NCBI GenBank assembly: GCA_965208675.1
Contig: OZ242351.1
Location: forward strand, 2,944,001 to 3,008,000
DNA: 64,000 nt
Direction: 5' to 3'
DNA from: Candidatus Poribacteria bacterium
GTDB taxonomy: Bacteria > Poribacteria > WGA-4E > PCPOR2b
Numbering within the stretch: the stretch's first letter is position 1; each line of letters begins with the position of its first letter. Shown piece after piece: positions 58,917 through 64,000 of this stretch. The notes beneath the pieces are model-generated. The model saw only the letters and a list, made by a program, of their open reading frames with translations. It did not search any database and was not told where the DNA came from. The translations under genes were made by a program, and so were the position numbers.

Positions 58917-61322
58917 CTACTTCGTGATGACCATTTTCTGCGTATCAACAGAACTACCCGTCCTTAAACTATAGAAATATACGCTGCTCGCAGCGCGAAC
59001 GCCCGTATTCGTGCGCCCATCCCAATGTGCAGCCTCTCCCTGCTTGATATACCGCCCTCGCACTTTCACGCCGAGATTTAGCGTGCGAACCAATGCGCCG
59101 GAGATATCGTAGATTTCAATCGAAACAGGTGAGTCCTCTGCCAATTCGTAAGGAATCCAAACGTCTGGATTGAAGGGGTTAGGATAACTTTGCAGCAAGC
59201 GCGTGTGCAGCGGCGGCGCAGCAGTGGTATTCAGCGGAGTGAAGGCAGGCGTGATACCCTGTGCATCAATGCCCGGCCTTCCCATGAGGCCAACGGCGTT
59301 GACCGGAACTACGGCGTAAAAATAACGTATATTCTGTGGATCAAAACGAGAATCTTCGACATCAATGTCTTGAAAAATGGTTACGTCTTCAAAGCTGGTG
59401 TCAGTCGCATTGACGCGCCCAATAATATTGATATCCCCTTCAGGGATGCCGTTGCCGTCTCGATCCGCGGCAACAAGGACTTCCGCCGCATTCTGGAACG
59501 GTTGTGGGCTGTCAGTGTCATATATGGATGTATACCGTTTGCGGATTATGGCGACCTCTCGAATACCGCTCAAATCTTCAAGCGTCCATTGAACTAATAC
59601 CCCGCCCTCGCTGCCCTGCGACACCGTGGGAGTAGACAATACTCCCGCGGGCGGGCGGCCCGCCATGTAGCTCACCGACCCGCCAAATGCCGCTGAAATA
59701 AAACGTCCGGATACAGACCGGCCGCCTTCAACTACGACGCGTTCAACATCCGGACGAACATTGATTAGGATTAACGTTACCTTTTGAATCTCACCCCCAA
59801 AATCATTGAACGTGATTTGGGCTTCCTGGGATCGATGATACGTCAATGCCTCGCGAACTTCTGTTGTTCCATCCCGCTTTTCTACGGCGAATTTCGCCCC
59901 CCAGCCGCGCAGACCTGTGGCTTCATGCCGATCCAACTCCCCTTGAATGGCGTCGCGGTCTCCCGCAGAGAGTTCGTTCATGTCCATTGGAGCGAGATCC
60001 GCGCCATCAACCTTGACGGCAAATTCGTTCATCACGCCATCCGGCTCGAAAACTATATAGCGCGCTGAAAACGGTTCGGGCATAGATTCCGAATCGAAAT
60101 CAATGCGAACCGGGTAGCGCTGATGCACATCGCTTGGATGGATAGCCACTGGCGGGAACCGATGGCCGTTGAAGTAATGCTCCCCGTCGTCACGATTGTA
60201 CGTGAAGTAATTCCATTCGGTGAACGTCTTAAATGCTTCAACAAGCGTCGTTCCATAATTCCTGAAGACACCTTCAAAGTTGCCGTACTCGCGGTACGAG
60301 CCTTCGGTGGCGCCGCCGTAAAATTGCCTGACTATATCGACGCCGAACCGCTCCGCCATATAAAATACGAATATCACCGAACCGTACTCATGGTCGCCGA
60401 CACGATTTCTGAGCGCAATGTCCGGCTGAAGAAACCAACGGCGCAACTGCCCAGAATAGTAGTTGTAAGCGTTGGTCTCGCCAATCTCGTCAGGGTCTGC
60501 AATGTCATCAAGATCGTCAATCAAACCGCCGTCGTACACCTTTGACTCTGACCACGTCGCAGACGCCTCCATAAACCATGTCGGCATCAGCGCGTTATAG
60601 GCATACTGCACGCCGTGGAAAAATTCATGTGCACACGTCGTTTCAATAAACCGAACGGCTTCCGACTTCCCGAAATACAGGTGCATGCGAGAGTTGATTC
60701 CGAACCATGGAGCCGTAGTTACGACCGTCGACAATACACGTCCATAGCTGCTGCTGCTGACAGTTATACCCAGTGCAGGGAACATAAACAGGTATACGTC
60801 GTATTTTTGGTTGCCTCCATTTACCTTAACCCAAAAATCGTCAAGCGGCGCTTTATAACCCATCAATTCTATCTGAACATGGTAAGATCGTTCCAGCGCA
60901 TCGGCGCAGATATCGACGTAATCGGGAACTCCGTTCATCGGATTGAAGTCGTCGGACGGAGGCGCATGGCGGCCAACCGTGGTGTAGTGGAGTCGGAAGT
61001 GCGGTGTGTCATACTTTTTGGGTAGATACACAGATCCAAAGAGGCTTCCCGGCGCACCAGGACGAAGGAATATACCCTGAAATTCCCTCTGGTAGATTGC
61101 TGGAAGGTGATGCCAATTTGCAGCGAGAATATTTAAGCTGTCCGTGAAGCACTCTTGAAGTTCGGACGAATCATAACTCGTTTTGAGGTTAATATACTTT
61201 CGAGCCTCCCAAACTGCGCTGAACAACTCTGGATCGGGAGGTTGCGCGTCAACACACGATGCCGTAAATCCAAAAATACTAATAATCGCCAATACACATA
61301 AGCGAAAAGTCATCTCGTTCAC
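58917..61322 (-). CDS. Secreted zincin-like metalloprotease with C-terminal FlgD-Ig/secretion-tail-like domain
   Basis: Signal peptide; [22 protein letters not shown]...W.MEASA motifs; C-terminal YPNPFNP...WDGR...YFYSL. Confidence 0.8.
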   Translation of the reverse strand: MNEMTFRLCVLAIISIFGFTASCVDAQPPDPELFSAVWEARKYINLKTSYDSSELQECFTDSLNILAANWHHLPAIYQREFQGIFLRPGAPGSLFGSVYLPKKYDTPHFRLHYTTVGRHAPPSDDFNPMNGVPDYVDICADALERSYHVQIELMGYKAPLDDFWVKVNGGNQKYDVYLFMFPALGITVSSSSYGRVLSTVVTTAPWFGINSRMHLYFGKSEAVRFIETTCAHEFFHGVQYAYNALMPTWFMEASATWSESKVYDGGLIDDLDDIADPDEIGETNAYNYYSGQLRRWFLQPDIALRNRVGDHEYGSVIFVFYMAERFGVDIVRQFYGGATEGSYREYGNFEGVFRNYGTTLVEAFKTFTEWNYFTYNRDDGEHYFNGHRFPPVAIHPSDVHQRYPVRIDFDSESMPEPFSARYIVFEPDGVMNEFAVKVDGADLAPMDMNELSAGDRDAIQGELDRHEATGLRGWGAKFAVEKRDGTTEVREALTYHRSQEAQITFNDFGGEIQKVTLILINVRPDVERVVVEGGRSVSGRFISAAFGGSVSYMAGRPPAGVLSTPTVSQGSEGGVLVQWTLEDLSGIREVAIIRKRYTSIYDTDSPQPFQNAAEVLVAADRDGNGIPEGDINIIGRVNATDTSFEDVTIFQDIDVEDSRFDPQNIRYFYAVVPVNAVGLMGRPGIDAQGITPAFTPLNTTAAPPLHTRLLQSYPNPFNPDVWIPYELAEDSPVSIEIYDISGALVRTLNLGVKVRGRYIKQGEAAHWDGRTNTGVRAASSVYFYSLRTGSSVDTQKMVITK

Positions 61323-62104
61323 CTAATCATGCCCTCCCAAGAACTTGATGCCGTCGCATACAGTTTTTTTGGGATGCGCCCAGCTAAAAACGCTTGGCGT
61401 CCAGCCTCAATCGCTTTGCGCATAGCTTCCGCCATCATCACAGGCTGGCGTGCCTTAGCTACCGCAGTATTGAGCAAAACACCGTCACAACCAAGCTCCA
61501 TCGCAACGGTTGCATCAGAGGCGGTTCCCACGCCGGCATCGACGATGAGAGGCAGGCTGACACTATCGCGAATGATTTCGATGTTGTAAGGGTTCCGAAT
61601 CCCCATGCCTGAACCGATAGGCGCCCCCAACGGCATGACAGCCGCGCACCCCAAATCCTCCAGCTTCTTGCAGGTGATTGGATCGTCGTTACAATACGGC
61701 AGCACAGTGAAACCGTCTTTGACTAACGTTGCTGCTGCGCATAGCAACTGTTCAACATCGGGAAACAGCGTCTCATCATCGCCGATGACTTCCAGCTTGA
61801 TGAGGTCGGTGCCGAGCGCTTCACGTGCCAATTGAGCAGTCAGTATCGCCTCCTTCGCCGTATAACAGCCCGCAGTGTTCGGCAGGATAATGTATCCGCG
61901 CGTTTGCAGCATATTGAACAGGTTTTCTTCGGCGCCCGATAGCTTTACCCGGCGGAGGGCAACTGTGACCATCTCTACACCCGCTATTTCAAGTGCACGA
62001 AGCATCACATCGAAATTCGGGTAACCCGATGTCCCCATAATTAATCGGGATTGATAGTCGCTGCCGCCAATTCTCAGTCCATCCATCTTTTCCATCTTGC
62101 ACAA
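61319..62104 (-). CDS. thiG: Thiazole synthase
   Basis: [30 protein letters not shown] and [10 protein letters not shown] motifs. Confidence 0.96.
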   Translation of the reverse strand: MCKMEKMDGLRIGGSDYQSRLIMGTSGYPNFDVMLRALEIAGVEMVTVALRRVKLSGAEENLFNMLQTRGYIILPNTAGCYTAKEAILTAQLAREALGTDLIKLEVIGDDETLFPDVEQLLCAAATLVKDGFTVLPYCNDDPITCKKLEDLGCAAVMPLGAPIGSGMGIRNPYNIEIIRDSVSLPLIVDAGVGTASDATVAMELGCDGVLLNTAVAKARQPVMMAEAMRKAIEAGRQAFLAGRIPKKLYATASSSWEGMIR

Positions 62105-62233
62105 AAATCCCTAAGCGCCCTCACTCAACGGAAATAACACCCTTTCGGATAGCAGCAGACCCATACATGTCCTACAAAGCAACCCACATCCGGATTTAAT
62201 TGAACACATCGCAAAAATGGGTGTGTCCCGGCA

Positions 62234-62866
62234 TCAAATGGTACCAATATTCCTTCCAAAGAAGAACATGCCAATTGCGAAGGCAACCAATATGCCTCCC
62301 ATGACCAAACAAAAAATACAGGTAATCATCTTCGTTGGTACGGACGAGATGCGGAAATACTCGTTCATCGCATTGACAACCTCTTTAAGCACCGAATGGT
62401 ATCCACGCTGTTTGACCTTGATAATGCCCGTTCCCATCCACGAATGAATAGCTACCTGCAAGTCCGCATCAATTGTTGTAAGCCGTATTACGGAAAGACT
62501 CTCGTCATAGGGCAACTGTAGTTTCTCGAGCGCCGCTAGCAGCGCCTCGCGAAAAGATGTATCTGTAACGGCGTACGCCGTGAATCCCTTTAATTGATAC
62601 CACATCATTATGAGAACAACTACGAGAAAAACCGGGGTTACCCAATTTATGACATCGAAATTTCCGGGTAACGATAATGAGATGTTCAATACGGCTACCG
62701 GAATGAAGACAACGAACATCTCTGACAGATGCCATCTGTTCGAGACCAAAAAAGGCCGCTTGGTCAAGATGCCCCGAAGCCCAACCGTCAAGGAGAAGAT
62801 TGCCATAAGTCCAAACATAATTGGAAATGCAATTGAAAATATCATCTCATAGAAATCAAGATTCAT
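62234..62866 (-). CDS. Membrane protein, tandem paralog 1
   Basis: About 4 TM helices; highly similar to 62950..63564. Confidence 0.75.
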   Translation of the reverse strand: MNLDFYEMIFSIAFPIMFGLMAIFSLTVGLRGILTKRPFLVSNRWHLSEMFVVFIPVAVLNISLSLPGNFDVINWVTPVFLVVVLIMMWYQLKGFTAYAVTDTSFREALLAALEKLQLPYDESLSVIRLTTIDADLQVAIHSWMGTGIIKVKQRGYHSVLKEVVNAMNEYFRISSVPTKMITCIFCLVMGGILVAFAIGMFFFGRNIGTI

Positions 62867-62949
62867 TTTGTTTCTCCACCCTTCCCCAAAACGCTAAACA
62901 CATTAGTTCAAACGGAACTCTCTCGACATCATACGGTTACGAAGATATT

Positions 62950-63564
62950 TCAAAAGAAGAACATGCCAATTGCGAAGACTACCATAATCCCACCCATAAC
63001 CAAACAATAAAAACAGGAAATCATCTTTGTAGGTACGGACGAGGTGCGGAAGTATTCGTTCATCTCATTGACAATCCCTCTGAGCACCGAATGGTATTCA
63101 CGCTGTTTGACCTTGATAATGCCCGTTCCCGTCCACGACTGAATGGCTACCTGCAAGTCCGCATCAATTGTTGTAAGCCGTATTACGGAAAGACTCTCTT
63201 CGTAGGGCAACTGTAGTTTCTCAAGCGCCGCTAGAAGCGCCTCACGAAACGACGTATCTGTAACTGCCCACGCCGTGTAACCCTTGAGTTGATAGCACAC
63301 CATTAGAAGAATAACCCCAATCATAATCGCGTGTACCCAATTCATGATTTTGAATGCGCTAGGTAGGAATGACAACGACAGAAGCAATAACACCATCGGA
63401 ATGAAAACAACGAACAAACTCGACAGCCACCATCTGTTTGAAGTCAAGAACGGCTGCTTGGTCAAGATTCCCCGAAACCCAATGGTCAAGACGTACAGTG
63501 CCATAAGTCCAAACAGAATTGGAAATGCAATTGAAAATATCCCCTCATAGAAATCAAGATTCAT
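62950..63564 (-). CDS. Membrane protein, tandem paralog 2
   Basis: AGGAG RBS; shares long near-identical stretches (e.g. AVTDTSFREALLAALEKLQLPY) with paralog 1. Confidence 0.75.
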   Translation of the reverse strand: MNLDFYEGIFSIAFPILFGLMALYVLTIGFRGILTKQPFLTSNRWWLSSLFVVFIPMVLLLLSLSFLPSAFKIMNWVHAIMIGVILLMVCYQLKGYTAWAVTDTSFREALLAALEKLQLPYEESLSVIRLTTIDADLQVAIQSWTGTGIIKVKQREYHSVLRGIVNEMNEYFRTSSVPTKMISCFYCLVMGGIMVVFAIGMFFF

Positions 63565-63637
63565 GTCGTCTTTCTCCTGCCGACCCGGCTCGTTATTCGC
63601 GGTCAGTCATAACCTGAGAGGTACAGCCTCGAATCGC

Positions 63638-64000
63638 CTATAATTTATTTAATATTGTCAAGCCATCACTCCCATCAGGGTTCAGTACAAGTGTATCCTC
63701 CGTCCGCTCCCATGTGCCTGTTTCCGCCTCTCCAGAGATTTCGGTCGTGTAAGCGGAACCAACCAGAGAATAGCTGCCCGGTAACAGATCCGTGCCGACA
63801 AGCACTCCCTGAATATCCCCCACTTGCAACTGCAGCCGAATGACGATTTCTAATTCCATGGCGCCACCCTCATGAAACGAGTAAGAAATCGAGCCGTCAA
63901 AACCAGTAACACCCTCACCAGACCAAAACGCCGCTATAGCCTGTTCTCGAAGATTACCCTCTACAACCGAGCCGTCGGCGTCGAGAAAAGTCCAGTCCTC
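63638..64000 (-). CDS. Partial hypothetical protein (5' end outside window), beta-rich C-terminus
   Basis: Frame is open from 64000 to the stop at 63638; ends ETGTWERTEDTLVL. Confidence 0.55.
   Translation of the reverse strand, partial: EDWTFLDADGSVVEGNLREQAIAAFWSGEGVTGFDGSISYSFHEGGAMELEIVIRLQLQVGDIQGVLVGTDLLPGSYSLVGSAYTTEISGEAETGTWERTEDTLVLNPDGSDGLTILNKL

Noticed and set aside
62105-62233. TPP riboswitch expected upstream of thiG
   Set aside because: No CTGAGA / CCTGA..GGNTAAT..GCGNAGGGA core on the minus strand.

Overview
Gene-dense bacterial chromosomal window. The most likely source is Ca. Poribacteria; this is inferred from LamG proteins ending in a V.PK.KL.TTW..[LI]K tail, a bacterial microcompartment (BMC) satellite locus and many SDR/TIM-barrel sugar enzymes. 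It holds housekeeping genes (hisA, nadB, thiG, folE, eda, bfr), an Fe3+ ABC transporter, an ExbB/ExbD x2 cluster behind a ~1100-aa Asp-rich envelope protein, a Wzc-like protein, a frameshifted IS5-family element, BMC-H/PduL/flavoprotein genes, an orphan type I HsdR, a pterin operon and several REP-like palindromes. Three observations stand out. (1) A three-gene operon encodes an ECF sigma factor, a divergent beta-sliding-clamp paralog and a small translationally coupled protein with a QxxLF clamp-binding-like motif, a candidate clamp-controlled sigma switch. (2) A consensus sigma70 promoter with a 15/19 Fur box fires antisense through bfr toward the iron-uptake operon, an excludon-like layout, next to a stand-alone dsRNA-binding-domain gene. 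(3) An unannotated 79-codon ORF with two CxxC motifs has an ATC start. All calls come from motif recognition by eye; no database searches were run.
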